64,000 nt of DNA from assembly GCF_036321535.1 (NCBI RefSeq), contig NC_087437.1:14138001-14202000 (forward strand), given 5' to 3'. Made by a program: the position numbers and the translations under genes. The DNA comes from Camelus dromedarius. Its lineage: Eukaryota. The notes under the pieces were generated by a model. The model was not told the origin of the DNA and ran no database searches. It saw only the letters and a list, made by a program, of their open reading frames with translations. This document shows positions 14,715 through 27,900 of the stretch, one piece after another (within the stretch, counting starts at the first letter, position 1; every line of letters starts with the position of its first letter).

Positions 14715-15174
14715 TGTCGACTGAAAAAAAAAAAAAAGCACAACATGAGAATTGTGAGTTAAGTTTTATTTGGGGCAAAGTAAGGACTACAGTCAGGGAG
14801 ATAGCCACTCAGATAGCTTGAGGAACTGCTCCCAAGAGGTAAAGAGGGAAGTCAGTATATATGTGATTTTGGTGAATGTGGGTACCTGCAGCCAAGCACA
14901 CATTTTGGCAGAGTTGCTGCTGTTGTCTTTGTTAATATTTTAGTGCCTTTCTAGATATGAGAAAATGCAAGAAATTGGGCTCATAAAATCTTCCCCAGAA
15001 AAATATCTGACTATCTGAAGGTCTATTCTGCCAGTTTTCCCAGAGCACAGAGTGCCTCATTCCTGATCACTGCCCTGAACTCCTTTCAGGGTGTGTTGAA
15101 GGTCAGTGACTGCAGCAGCTAGAGACCTAATCCTTGTAGAGGCAGATGGCAAGTGACAATTTTTAGATGGGACA
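14715..15174 (-). mobile_element. ERV1-class solo LTR (artiodactyl MER41-like)
   Basis: TG...CA termini, minus-strand AATAAA (ttttatt at about 14764), and ends related to the LTR at 44342. Confidence 0.75.
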
Positions 15175-16031
15175 TGGTAAAATTACTTGGAGAGCTTAAA
15201 AAAAAAAAAATTCTGCTGCATGAGGCTCTCCCCAGACGAGTAGGATCAGAAAATACAGGAGTGGAGATCTGGCCATCATTATGTTATAAAAGGTCCTCGG
15301 AGGGTTTTAATCAATAGTCAAGGGGGAAAGCCACCGTTCTCATCCTCTGCTGTCTCATTATTGCCTAATATGTGTGCAGTACCCTTTGGTAACCATCTTT
15401 GTGTATGTCTGCATGCATCTAGATTCCTATTTAAACTTTCTTTCCTTTCATCACAGTTCATCATAATGAGTGCACATGTGATTTTGACCATATGGATAGT
15501 ATTGTGCTTCAATTTGGGAGATGCACATGGCATCATGAATGGCCGAAATATCCCCAAGAAAATGTATCCCCTTAGGAGTAAATGACTGTCTAATTAGACA
15601 TGCTACATGGAGTCACAGTTTTTGAAGAGAAAGGAACTTTACAGAAGGAAGAGATTCTAATTCTCATTAAAATGCCAACCTTCTCTCAGGCCATTTAGTC
15701 TTGCTCAGTTCTACTGAGTGAACTGGTTCCTAAAGTCCCTAGCTACAGTCTGTAGTGACTGATTTCAGGAGTTGATTAACATTGGGGGAACATCTAATCT
15801 GATTAAACGTCTGTGGTTTAACATTTATACCATTAGGGGGCAGTATAACTCAGGAAAAAATTGGTAGTTTGTATATACAGAAGAGAATCATCTTTCTCAT
15901 ATAAAGATAAAGATTGTAAGAATTCAGTCCAGGTATTGTTATTTTCAGTAGTGATCACCTATATTGCTTTATTTAGTTCCCGCCACTAATAATAACATGA
16001 CTCTGGAAATTAGTCCTGAAACAGACAAGAG

Positions 16032-16256
16032 CAGGGGTCTGCAAACTTTTTCTATAAAGGAATTGATTGTAAATAATTTACATTTTATGGGCCATATGGT
16101 CTCTGTCTCAATTACTCAGCTCTGCCATTATAGCACAAAAACAGCCATCCACAGTACATAAATGAATGAGCATGTCTGCATTCCAGTTAAACTTTATTTA
16201 CAAAAACAGGTGGCAAGGTTAGATTCAGCTTGAAGGCTGTAGTTTGCTGACCCCTG
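16032..16256 (+). mobile_element. MER58A hAT MITE with a duplicated right end
   Basis: TIRs CAGGGG...CCCCTG. 12-bp tandem ctgacccctgaa x2 at the right end. Confidence 0.85.
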
Positions 16257-16866
16257 AACTGACCCCTGAACTAGAGGTTTCAAACCAGGATAATTTTCAG
16301 AAGTACCTGGAGAGCTTGATAAAAATTTAGAGTCCTGAACCCCACATCAAATCTACTGAATCAAAATATCTATGGATGAGGTCCAGGCATCTGAATTTTT
16401 TAAAGTTACCACATATTCTGAAGGAACTGCTAATCTAGCAATCATTAGGCCAAAATAAAGTTCTCCTTTTATGGAATTATAAGGTCCTCCTTGGCATATT
16501 GTAATATTTTCAGTCTCTGAATAACTATCCATGATGTAAAAGGTGTAAATGTAGGGCTTAGGCTCAGATTTCCTCTGTGGGTACTCTCAAAGCACACCAG
16601 AGAAGGTCTCATTCCCAGATAAATGTTTGTATTAAGCCGCAGGTTTGGGGGTTGTTTTGTTCCATGGCACTTCGCAGCCTGTCCTGACTGATAGAGAGCC
16701 GTGCTGAGTGAGTCCAAACAGGGAAGGGAGGAGATTGAAGAAAATGGAAAAAGAGGAAGGAAGATTGTGGAGAGATGGTAGAATGTTGTGCAGTACTTCC
16801 CCTGAAATGTTCCAAATCTTCAATAAACGTTCACCCTCACAAAAAGATTGCTGTGATTGGATTTTT

Positions 16867-17341
16867 TTTGGTATTGAAGTATAGTCAGTTTACAATGTTG
16901 CATCAATTCCTGGTATACAGCATAATGTTTCAGTCACACATATACAGACGTACATTCCTTTTCATATTCTTTTTTTTTAATTAAAGTATTGTCAGTTTAC
17001 AATGTTGTGTCAGTTTCTGGTGTATATCATAATAGTTCAGTCATACATATACATACATATATTTGTTTTCATATTCTTTTTCTCCATAGGTTACTACAAG
17101 ATATTGAATATAGTTCCCTATGCTATACGAAAGCAACTTGTTTATCTATTTTATATATAATAGTTAGTATCTGCAAATCTCAAATTCCCATTTATCCCTT
17201 CCAACTCCCTTCCTCCCCTGGTAACCATCAGTTTGTTTTCTATGTCTGTGAATAAATTTCTGTTTCTGTTTTGTAAATAAGTTTATTTGTGTGTGTGTGT
17301 GGTTTTCTTTTTTTTTTTTTAGATTCTACATATGAGTGATA
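16867..17341 (-). mobile_element. L1 3' fragment with two tandem 3' tails
   Basis: Two aagtat.gtcagtttacaatgttg units at about 16875 and 16984. TSD tgtgattggattttt (16852-16866) / tatgattggattttt (17342-17356). Confidence 0.8.
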
Positions 17342-18429
17342 TATGATTGGATTTTTGATTTTTTTTTTCCTAGAAATCGGTGAAGAGGAAGAGTTTAATG
17401 CCTAGGTGAGTACAAGAGTGAAACAAAGGCAACACGCACAGGTGCAGTGGAAGGGAAGTTGACATAAGAATATTTTAAGTATGGAGTGTCCATTCCTCAC
17501 GAGCTGTGTTCTCTGTGGGTAGGGTTGCCCTGGGCTGCTTCATCTTGGACTAAGGAAATGTATGGATCTATCAGAGGCCATGATTTAAAAAGAGCTGCAG
17601 TGGATCTTGTTAAGAATATGATATCAAATATATTTACTTGTGGTTCTAAAGCGTACGTCACTTTTTGGACGTTTGTTTAACAAATAAAGCAGGTCTATTT
17701 TTCTGTAGCAGAAGCAACTTCTAGGATGCAGGAAGCCATGTATTTCTTGCTTTCTGAGGGATGTCCTTTTGTTTCTGAAATTTAGGGCTATTCTCCCCCT
17801 TACCTTCCTCCCCGTTCATGTTCAACTGTGCAGTTAAATATAACCTTAGTTTCTTTTATGGAACCACCCATGCCAAATCTGGTAGCCAGTGCCCACTTCA
17901 GGCTGTCATTAGTGACATCACTTCTTACCCATACTCATGACCCTCATGACAGGAAGCAGGCAAGGAGCCAGATTTAATCAGCCCCCACAGAGAAGAACTG
18001 AAGTCTTCACTACTGCATACATTTGATAAAGGAATTGCCTTCTCTGACTTGAGTCAGATACTGGGGCATTAGCAGAGGTCTGTGGTTGCAAGAAAAATAA
18101 CTATATTTCTTCACAAGTAGTATATGGATAGTATTTAGTATTTGAACCTTAGTTTCTCAAGAGACAATGTTAGACAAGGTGGTTATTGTTTCAGCTCAGC
18201 ATGCAGAATACTATTTATGGTAAGTGCAGAATAAAAATAATTTTAACACCGTTGTATTATGTATTCTGTGAAATCACACTTCCAGCATATTAACTCAGAT
18301 TATCTAAGAATACATCCATCCTCAGGTTATGAAATCTTTGCTGTCACCCCTGTTCATGTTTGTGGCCCTCTGTAGGTATGAAGAGGTTACCTACAGAAGG
18401 AAGTGATAAAGAGTGGAGAAGTAGTAAAT

Positions 18430-18780
18430 TAAATAGAGAATAGGAAAGCTATAGAAAAGATCAACAAGACTGAGAGTTGGTTCTTTTGATAAAACTAGCT
18501 AGACTAAGAAAAAGAGAGAGAAGACTCAAAGAAAACATAGAGGCTCCCTGACATTGGTCTTGGCAGCAAAGCAAAAATAAATGAGTGGATTACAGCAAAA
18601 TTGAAAAGCTTCTGCATGCTGTGGGCCTTCTAGGTTGCCACTAGTGTCCCATTCTTTGATCTAGGAGGTAGTAACATGAGTTGTTCACTTTAGAATAATT
18701 AACTGAGCTTTACACCTATGATTTTTGCATTTTCTAAGTGTCTACTCTATCTTAATAAAGAAAATTTACTCTCAAAAAGT
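18430..18780 (+). mobile_element. Fragmented old L1 ORF2 and 3' pieces
   Basis: agaaaagatcaacaagactgagagttggttc, gaaaacatag..tgacattggtcttggca, aaaagcttctgca. Confidence 0.6.
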
Positions 18781-20153
18781 TAAAATGTGGACCGCTGTAG
18801 CCCAGGTTCAAGTAGGCACATTCCATTGGGCTGAGACAGATGCTCCAGCAGAGAAGGAACCTGGAGGAGAAGGAACAGGCTGTTATGTAACTCCCATTGC
18901 TTAGGTTCTAGTAAGATTTTGTGCAAGCTGGGTGACTGCTCGCTCTTCAGTGTCCTCATCTGAAAATGGAGCTGGTAGTAGTTAAATTCTTAGCAGTTGT
19001 CAATAGCCAAATGGGTAAACTGGACGTATTAGAATTCATTATATTTGTTCTGCAGAGATCCAGAAAACAGTCTACTTAATTTAGCTGAATTCTTTTCTCT
19101 AAGTAACTCAATAAGGTGACCCTAAAGAATATTTCACAAGCCTGACATAAGTATTTCATTCTCTGAATGCTGTTTTGATTGACAGTTCAAAGCCAGCTTC
19201 CCTGTACATAGAAAACAGTGGCATATCTGTGTCCTTAAGCAGATATCACCACTGTCCTTAAATTGGTGTCTCTTGACAACTTTTGTGGCTCTTCCAGTCT
19301 GAATCAATCAAACCATTCTAGGAAGATGGTCTGTTAAGTTCTGAGGTCAAAAGGTGGAAGAAGCCAGTCTTCTTTTTTAGCAGGATCTGAGTTATCTTCT
19401 ACACATCCGTTTTTCAGATGATGACAAACTCACAAACTGACAAAATCCACAAAAACATGCTGCCCAGACAATGGAGGGAAGAGTTGTTTATCATGGTGCA
19501 GGAAACATAACCGGAATAGAATACAATTTTAGTCTTGATGAAGCATTAGTTGGTAGCACAGAATTACAGGGTGTAGTAATAGGGAGTTGTTTGCTTCATC
19601 ACTTTTTATTACCTATAATTAACATTTTCTCCCCTTCTGTTGGACTCAGGGAGTCTCCCCCAAATTGTGTACTCTGCTTCTCTCCCAGTGTGTTTGGGTT
19701 TTGAGTGGCCCCATCCTCAGTCATGAGGTCAGTACTGTCCCTGAACAGGTGATATTTATATCCACCCTCCCACCCTTGAGCTTCTCCCCCTTGTCCTTTT
19801 TCGCATTGTCTTTTGTCAAGTGCACTTCCACTGGACAATCATTTACAACTCAAATTATACCTTGTGAAAGCTTATCTTCTAATTTTTTCCCAGAGAAGAG
19901 TTGTCACAGTCCTTTTTCTTATACCACTTAATCTTCAAATCAGGCAATTAAATAACATCTGTGACCTACCAACAGGGTCGTACCACCTTCTCAAAGCCAG
20001 TTCATGCAAATTTACATGATTTCCAATCACTAGGAAGTTTCCAGAGATTCACATCCACTGCTCTGTTTCATCCTACACTTCCATAGGTTAATTTACCTCC
20101 TTGGTGGTTATCCACACTTTCCCTTTAGAGTAGTTTAAAAATACCACTTAAGA

Positions 20154-20224
20154 GGGGAGAAGGTATAGCTCAAGTGGTAGAGAGCATGCTTAGCATGCGC
20201 GAGGTCCTGAGCTCAACTCTCAGT
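20154..20224 (+). mobile_element. 3'-truncated Vic-1-like SINE head (tRNA-Ala-like)
   Basis: ggtatagctcaagtggtagagagcatgcttagcatgcgcgaggtcctgagctcaactctcag, with a decayed B box. Confidence 0.8.
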
Positions 20225-21099
20225 TTATAATAGTTTTTTTTTTTAATTTCTATATTTTAAAAAGTGGATAATATATAAGTAGTTAATATATTTTCTTAAA
20301 AAAAAAAGATGATGGTGGCCTTTCATCAAGAAATTTCAGTTTTTGAAATTTCGGTATATGGAATAACCTTGGATGGCAGTTGCTTCCACTCATGCCTCTA
20401 CGAGTGAGTGAGTGTGTGTGTGTGCGTGTGTGTGTGTGCAGGTATAAATACACACATATAATTAATTCCTTTAAAAGATTTTGCTATAAAGATAAAATAT
20501 GCATGTAAAAATATCCTCTTTGAACTCTACCTTGGGAGATTCACTCACTAAAAGAATAAACATGAATTCTAGCATGGTTTCGCAGAACATTGCTGCAGTG
20601 AAGTCAGAGGATAAACCCACATCTATCAAATATTAGTTCCTTGGATTTTGAACAAACACCCTTTGAGTAAATTACATCCTTCTTTACCTTAAGAAATAAA
20701 ACATCAGGCTTCCCATCATCTCCTAAAAAGTAATTTTTGTCACTGTTTCCTCCACATTAAATTATCTTGAATGTTTCAGCTTCTTAGAGTAAATTGGCTT
20801 CCCAAGAACTACCTAGGTTTTTTGAAATTACTTTTCTTTCCTTAGAAGTAATTGCTATATATTATTGAACTCTATCACAAAGTTTCTACCCTGGGTAATT
20901 TTTCTTTATTAATTTCTTGGATTTAAATACAGTAGTTACAGAAGCCACATATAAATTGACAATATTTATTGTCAATACACGTGACTTAATATTTTATTTT
21001 TTTCCTCTTCTTTAAAAAAAATTTTTTTTTTCTCAAAATGAACCAAAGACCTAGATCCAACAGTTGCTGGAGTTCTACTTCCATTTAAAAGGAAAAAAA

Positions 21100-22200
21100 A
21101 ATCTTCATTAAGATTTATCAAGTATTTAAAAATATTATTCCATTTCTCCATATTTGCTTGTTAGACATTTATGTATTAATTGTTTAGGGGTTGCTCTAAA
21201 CATTTCAACGTGTATCCTTGGTTTATTAGAGTTTATTGTGAATTAGAGCTTTTAGCACTTCTCATAAAATTCGAGAATTGAAAAACAAACTTCCTATACT
21301 CTCCTTCAACTTCTGTGCCTTTGTCTTTACGCATTTAATTCACACGTATATTTAAAATCCTGTAAGACATTCTTTTTCTATAGTTGATGCTAATTCATAT
21401 TTATGTCCCTTTCCCCCTTTCTGTTGCTTTGCTGCATTCTGCTTCCATTCTGCTTCCATTCCCTTTAGTATTTTCTTTTAGGGAAAGCCTGCTGGCAACA
21501 AACTCTCTCCATTTCTGTCTGTGTTGAAACATCTTTATTTCGCTTTCTTTTTGGAAGGAGATTTTTGCTGAACGTACAATTCTATAGGCTGGCAGCATGT
21601 TAAATGTGGCATTCTATTGACGTCCAGATTTCATTGCTGTGTTTCTCAGTCAACTATAAGTCTTCTTACTGAGCCCTTGAAGATAATGTTCCCCATGCCC
21701 CTGCTGTGCGTGACTGCTTTTTGATTTTCTCTTTATCTTTCATTTTCAGCAGTTTGACTGTGACTTTTTGCATAATTGGGATTTTAGAGTTTCTTGAGCC
21801 TAAGGCTTGATGTCTTAAACTGATCGTATTTACAAATTCTAGCTAATATCTTTGACTCAGATATTGTTTTTGCCCAAATCTCTTTCTATTCTGGTTCTTT
21901 GATTAAATGTATGTTGGACCTTTTCACCTTATCTTATATGTCTCATCTTCTTTAGGCATTTTCTGTTCTTTTATTCTCACTGTACTTCAATCTGGATATT
22001 TTATACTGACCTATCTTCAATTTCACTAATCCTCTCGTACTGAGTTTAATCTAACTTTAGAATCATCTAGTTAATTCACATATTTATTCACTTAGTTATA
22101 TTTATTTATACTAGAAGTTTAATTTAATTCCTTCAAAAGAGTTTAGTTCTTTCATAAAATTCTCCATATTTTTATCTATATTCTTGAACATAGCTTCCAG
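21100..22200 (-). mobile_element. Ancient L1 (L1M-type ORF1 region)
   Basis: Degenerate ORF1-like translation (SAKISFQKESEIKMF..WREFVASRLSLKE, ORF 21401..21598) on a T-rich strand. Confidence 0.65.
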
Positions 22201-22812
22201 AAATCTTACTAGACTGAAAGATTTCACTAGAAAATAAGTCTGCTGAAAGATGCCCGCTGCCCTGGTCTATGGAATCTCATCTCTCCAAGTTGGAAAAATA
22301 AACACAAGGTATAAAGGTTAAAAGTAATGAGAATTGTATGTAGTGAGAGAGAGAGCAACTTGCATTGAATAAAATGGTCATAGAATTTAAATGCTGAACA
22401 GGACTTTGGTGATAATGTCAGCTAAACCCACCGCACCTAATGAGCACTTAGTAAGTCTCCATGATGAGTGCATTCTCTAGATGAATAAATCAAGCCCAGA
22501 AAATGACCCACCCAAGAAACACAATACAAACATAGCTAAGGCAGAGTTCAACTCAGGGGAATGTCACACAGACTTGTCATCTCTGCAGAGTATCTTCCAT
22601 TGACACATGTCATTTTCCCTTATTAGACTTATCACCAAAGTTCAAAATTGTTCAACATTCTAATTATTATTTCATGTAATTATTGTTACACCTATTCCTC
22701 TTTCCACTCTCCAACCCTCAACTTATAATTTTTGCAGTAGAATTTATAAACATTGAAAAGACAAATCATACCTACACAATATTGGCAAGTGGATCTACCC
22801 GTGTTACCATAC

Positions 22813-23190
22813 TGCTATGGACTGAACTGTATCGCCCTAAGGTTCATAATTTGAAGCCCTAACCCCCAATGTGACTGTTTTTTGAGACAGAGCCTATAAG
22901 GAGGTAATAAAGATGAAGTGAGGTCATTAGGGTGGGGCCTTAATCCAACAGAACTGATGTTCTTATAAGAAAAGGAAGAGACCCAGAGATCTTTCCCTGC
23001 ACGGAGAGGAAGGACTACATGAGCACACAGCAAGATGGTGACTACCTATAGCCAAGAGAAGCTTCAGAATGAACCCAAACTTGCCACCACCTTGATCTTG
23101 GATTTCCAGTGCCTAGAATTATGAAAAATAAATGTTGTTTAAGCCTCCCAGTCTGTGGAATTTTCTCATGGCAGCCATAGCAGATCAATA
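22813..23190 (+). mobile_element. MaLR LTR MLT1A-like, inserted in an old L1
   Basis: tgctatggactgaactgt..gaagccctaacccccaatgtgactg..gtttaagcctcccagtctgtgg. Confidence 0.8.
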
Positions 23191-24990
23191 CGCATGCCGT
23201 AGCGTGACAGAGAGCATTTTAATCGACCCAGAAAATTCCCTTCATGTCTCTTTCCAGACTGTCCCTATTGCTCTTCTTTCCATTCTTGAGGAAAACCACT
23301 ATTTTCATTTTTTATTTTACCTTGTATTTGTTTTGCCTGTTTAAGAAATTCATTTTTGTGAAATAACTCAGTATGTCATCTGCTGTGTTTCTTTTGCTCA
23401 GTATTATGTCTGTGAGATTCATCAATGTTGTTTTATGAAAAGTAGTCCATTCCTTTTTACTGTTCAGGAGGATTCCATTGCATGTATGTCACATTTTACC
23501 TGTTCTGATGGTGATAGACGTTTAAGGTGATTCCAGTTTTTGGCGATTGTGACTAGAGCTGCGGTGTACATGCTTGTGCAAGCCTTTCGGTGGACATAAA
23601 TTTTTGAATTCCCTCAGATAATGCCTCGGAGTAGAATTGTGCATGTTTAACTTCATAAGGAACTGCCAAACCTTTTCCCGAAGTGGTTGTAACAATTTTA
23701 TATTCCTACTAGGGATGTGTAAGGTCTGGTTGCTCTGCATCCTTGCCAACATTTGATATTTTTAGTCTTTTTAATTTTATCCATTTCAGTGGTTGTGTAG
23801 TGGTATCTCATTGGGGTTTTAGCTTCTATTTCTCTAATGACTAATAATGTGGAACTTTTTGTGTATGCTATTGGCCATTTGTATATTTTCCTTTGTGAAG
23901 TGTCCGCTTTGTGTTTGCCAATTTTTTATTTATTTATGATAGTAGTAGTAGTAGTAGTAGTGATAATTCATTTTATGTTCTGAGTATAAATCCTTTATCA
24001 AAAATGTGATTTGTGGATTTTTTTCTGTAAGTCAATGGCTTGCCTATTCTTTTTCTTGATGTTGTCTTTTGATAAGCACAAGTTTTAAATCTTGATGAAA
24101 TCTAATTTATCAAAATTTTCTTCCATGTTTATCATTTTATACATTCTGCCTAAGAAATCTTTGCCCACTTTCAGATTATGAAAATATTCCCATATTTTTT
24201 GAAAGGCTTTATGGCTTTATTTTTATGTTTTGATTATGACCTGCCTTAAATATTAACATACTTGACATCACACTGTGTACATAGCTTTGTAATTTTTTCC
24301 CCCTCTAGTTCATTAACTTTTTCACATGTCACTGAAAATACTTCATGAATAGTATCCAGGGCTGTGTAACTTTCTATGCTATGGATGTGCCATAATTTAA
24401 CTGTTTCTTTATTTTTGGACATTTAGGTTTTCTATTTTTTTCTGTTGTAAATAATATTTATGATAAAAATGCTGGGGCTTTTTTGTATACATGTATGTGC
24501 ACTTTGGATTGTTTCTTTTGGGTGCATTCCTGGAAGGGGAATTGCTGGGCCCAACAGTATGGAACATCTTTAAGACTCAATACACATCAGATCCCCAAAT
24601 TGCTTTCCGGGAAAGAACGTGACAACTTAAATTCCCTCTAGGAGCATATGAGAATAGCTGTCCCATCATAGCCTCTCACTGAGTACTAGTCCTTTGTAAA
24701 TATTTTTTCCTTTGATGTGTTAAAGGCAGTATTTCTCATAGTGTCAATTTGTGTTTCTTTTATTATTAATGAGTTTGAACTTTTAAGTGAGATTTACTAA
24801 ACTATTTTCCTCATTTCTGAATAGCCAGTTCCTATACTGGGCTCACTTGTCCATGGCTTACCAGTATGAGTCTTACTTTTATTTCCTGTTTGTTCCAGAA
24901 ATTTGTATGTTAAGGGTATTCATCTCTTGTTTTATTTTATACTGATACTGCTTCCAGTTTTTGCTTATGATTTTTGCTTATGGTTTTTGA
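23191..24990 (-). mobile_element. Ancient L1 3' regions (L1MC/ME-type)
   Basis: gagattcatc..aggaactgccaaacc..gtggttgtaacaattt..ttggccatttgtatatt motifs. Confidence 0.7.
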
Positions 24991-27900
24991 TGTTAATGGT
25001 GCTAATCAAAGTTTTGGTCTGTGCTATACAGATATTTTGAAATATATGAATTATAAAATTCCAGAGGCAAGGAGAAGGGAGTCATGATGAGCTAAGCATT
25101 ATGACTTTCACTGGGATGGGAGAGTGAGGACTTTCATCTTTGACTTGCTCAGACATTACTGTGTATTCATAAGTAGGTCGCATGTTTATCGTCTGCCTGT
25201 TTCCCCATGTGTAAAATACAGATAATCCACATACTAAAAATGTGTGTGACTCCTGGATCACAGTATAGAATAATTAACTGCAATGCATTATGCCTCTAAG
25301 CTATTTTAGCTTACATCTTGTGTGCTAACTAGAGACCCACTTTCTTTTTATGTATTTGTAGGAGATAAGAATGTAATAAAGATGCATATATCATTTCACT
25401 TTTATGATAAAAATGAATTTATTATATTTAATAAAAACAACTTCCTTAAAGAAGAGGTATGTCATGGAAAGCAGATATAATTGCCATTGTATACAATATT
25501 CTGAGAAAACTGAGGATGAAAGAAAAGTCTTAGTTAACGAAGAGGATGAGTTCTAAACACACCCTTTACTATCAGACACAGCTGTGTGTCTAAAACCTTA
25601 CCACGGGCAGCTACTCCCCTTGGTAGTTAATACTAGAATTCACAAATAATCCTTATGGACTCAAAACATCTTACTTATATCAAATTGCCTCCTTTGGTTT
25701 ATGAAACTGTAGAATCATACAGTTGTAGACCTGGAAGATTTGAAGACTATCTGGCCTGGCTTTATTGTTGTGAGAACTGAGGCCTAAGGGATTCCACCAT
25801 TTTTCTTAAAAACTAGTATTTCCTAAAAACTAATGCTCGTGTCCAGGCCAGAACCCAAGTTCTCTTGCCTTCCACTCTGGAGATTTTTGATAGCTCTACA
25901 TTGAGTAAAGGAAGTTAGTAAGCAAATTTTAAGAAGCACAACTGCCTCCAAATGAAAAACAGGACACGCCAAAATTTGTACTTTTTAGCATAAAATCCAT
26001 TAGTCCAAGAGTGAACAGGCTTTCTTGTTCTAAAGCAATGACTTTATTATGTTTCTAATATAACAGGAAAGAAACCCTCAAACCCTAGCATGTGGTAATT
26101 GTGTGTTCAAAAAGAGGTGCAAATTATGACTTTCAGAGAGTTTGTCATTTGCCTACAGAGTAGATCCTGCTTTACAAGACTTTCTATCAGATGTTGGAAG
26201 GTAAAACTTTTGGAGATATTTTCCATTTGCTACTTAAGAAAAAAATATATATATATACATGCACATCTGAAAGTCTCTTTTAAATTTACTTCAAAGGAAA
26301 AATATCTGCTGGAAACACTCTTCAGCTTATTTATGAAAAATGAATTGTCATTTCATTTTAGAACAAGGCAAACAAAGCCATAAAAAGTATTGCTCAGAAC
26401 TGTCAGAGAAGCATACAGCTTTTAAATCAGAAGGGAAGCTCACTGCCTCATTTTAAGCCAGTGCTTTGTTTTGGCAAACTAAGTCAGTAGTTGAAATGAT
26501 GAACTGAAAAAAAAATTCTAGTGTTAGAATGATAAACATGCTCTCTACACTCTTGTTAACTGCTGCAGAGCATGACGAATGGAACCGATCCACTGACCTT
26601 TATGGAATAAACTCCTTTCTGTAGGCTGTGTAGAAAGCTTGTTGTTACCTAGATTTATTTTAAGTTAGATGCACTGTTGTTTAGACAAAATATAGTTCTA
26701 CTGGTTATCAATAAAAAAGGACCTAACTTAAATGCTATGCTATTAATTTAGTTCCTTCCCCTGAAAACGTGTTTCATCCACACGTAAGTATCCATATAGA
26801 CATACTGGAAGATAAGGGAATGTGAAGTTTTTTGAGACTCTTTCTGAAAATTAATCCGGAAGTAAGATATTAATTACAGGATTTTTAAAGTACAGTCAAC
26901 AGATTTAACTCACTGAGCTAGCTTAGCAAGTTGCCTTTTTTTCCCATCACTTTTCTACAGAACATTGAAATATTCTACTTAGATTGTCATAAAATAAACT
27001 ATACTGCCAATACTGGCAGTTACCATTTACATTTTATTGAATTAAGTGTCTATTGTTTGTTTTTTGAACACTTGGGCCAATGTCTGTGCAGCTGATATAA
27101 ATGAGGTGGTGTCGGCTTTTTTATGGTGAGCCAATGTCAGAGGTTAATAAGTTTGGCTTTGGCCACAGAGTACCTATGAGTTCCTTGGCAGTTTGAAAAT
27201 GTGAATGACTGAGTGCTTGGCACCTTGATTCAATTTCTGGCACCTGGTCCAAAGCTAAACGACCTAATGTAGAAACACTAGGCAAAGATAAAACTGAGTG
27301 TTTTCATTTTGTCCCATTTTTCTTAATGAAAATAGAAATAGAGTTGTTGTTGAACAAATTTACCAAACAGTTCTTTTTCGGGAGTTAATTCAGCAGTAAA
27401 CCTATTATAGTTCCCCCTTTCTAGGTCAAGAGAGAAATATTCTAACAGCGCTGAGGAGATTTTGATGTAGGTATCATAACTCCCAAAAAAGAATTATAAA
27501 ATCAGAAATATGATTTCTTAAGTAATGCTTAGAGTGAAGAAATGGACTCTAACATTCTAGTCCATTGACAATGTAGCTTTGACATTAACTTGACTTGTGT
27601 CTCAGTTCAGTAGAGTAGATGCCACAGAATTACTTTTTGGCCACATGCTTTATGATGCTTAAAGAAAAGAATGATTTAGACTGTATCAAGAGCAGCATCA
27701 CGGTCTCACTGACACAAAGCTGTAAAATAGTATGAGGACACATGTGTTCTACAGGGATAAAGATGGTCCCTGACAAATATTGAAACAATGTGACCGCTCC
27801 ATGGAAATTTGTAAATTTTGTCCCTGAACAGGGCTTCTTGTTAAATCAGGAAAGTCAAAATTTTCCAACATAAGACTGTTTAAGATTTTAACTAAAATTC

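Noticed and set aside
20154..20224. Possible tRNA-Ala gene
   Set aside because: The acceptor stem and B box are degenerate, and it matches the SINE heads elsewhere in the window.
20955..20976. 10-bp inverted repeat ATTGACAATA-TT-TATTGTCAAT
   Set aside because: AT-rich and short, compatible with chance in 64 kb.
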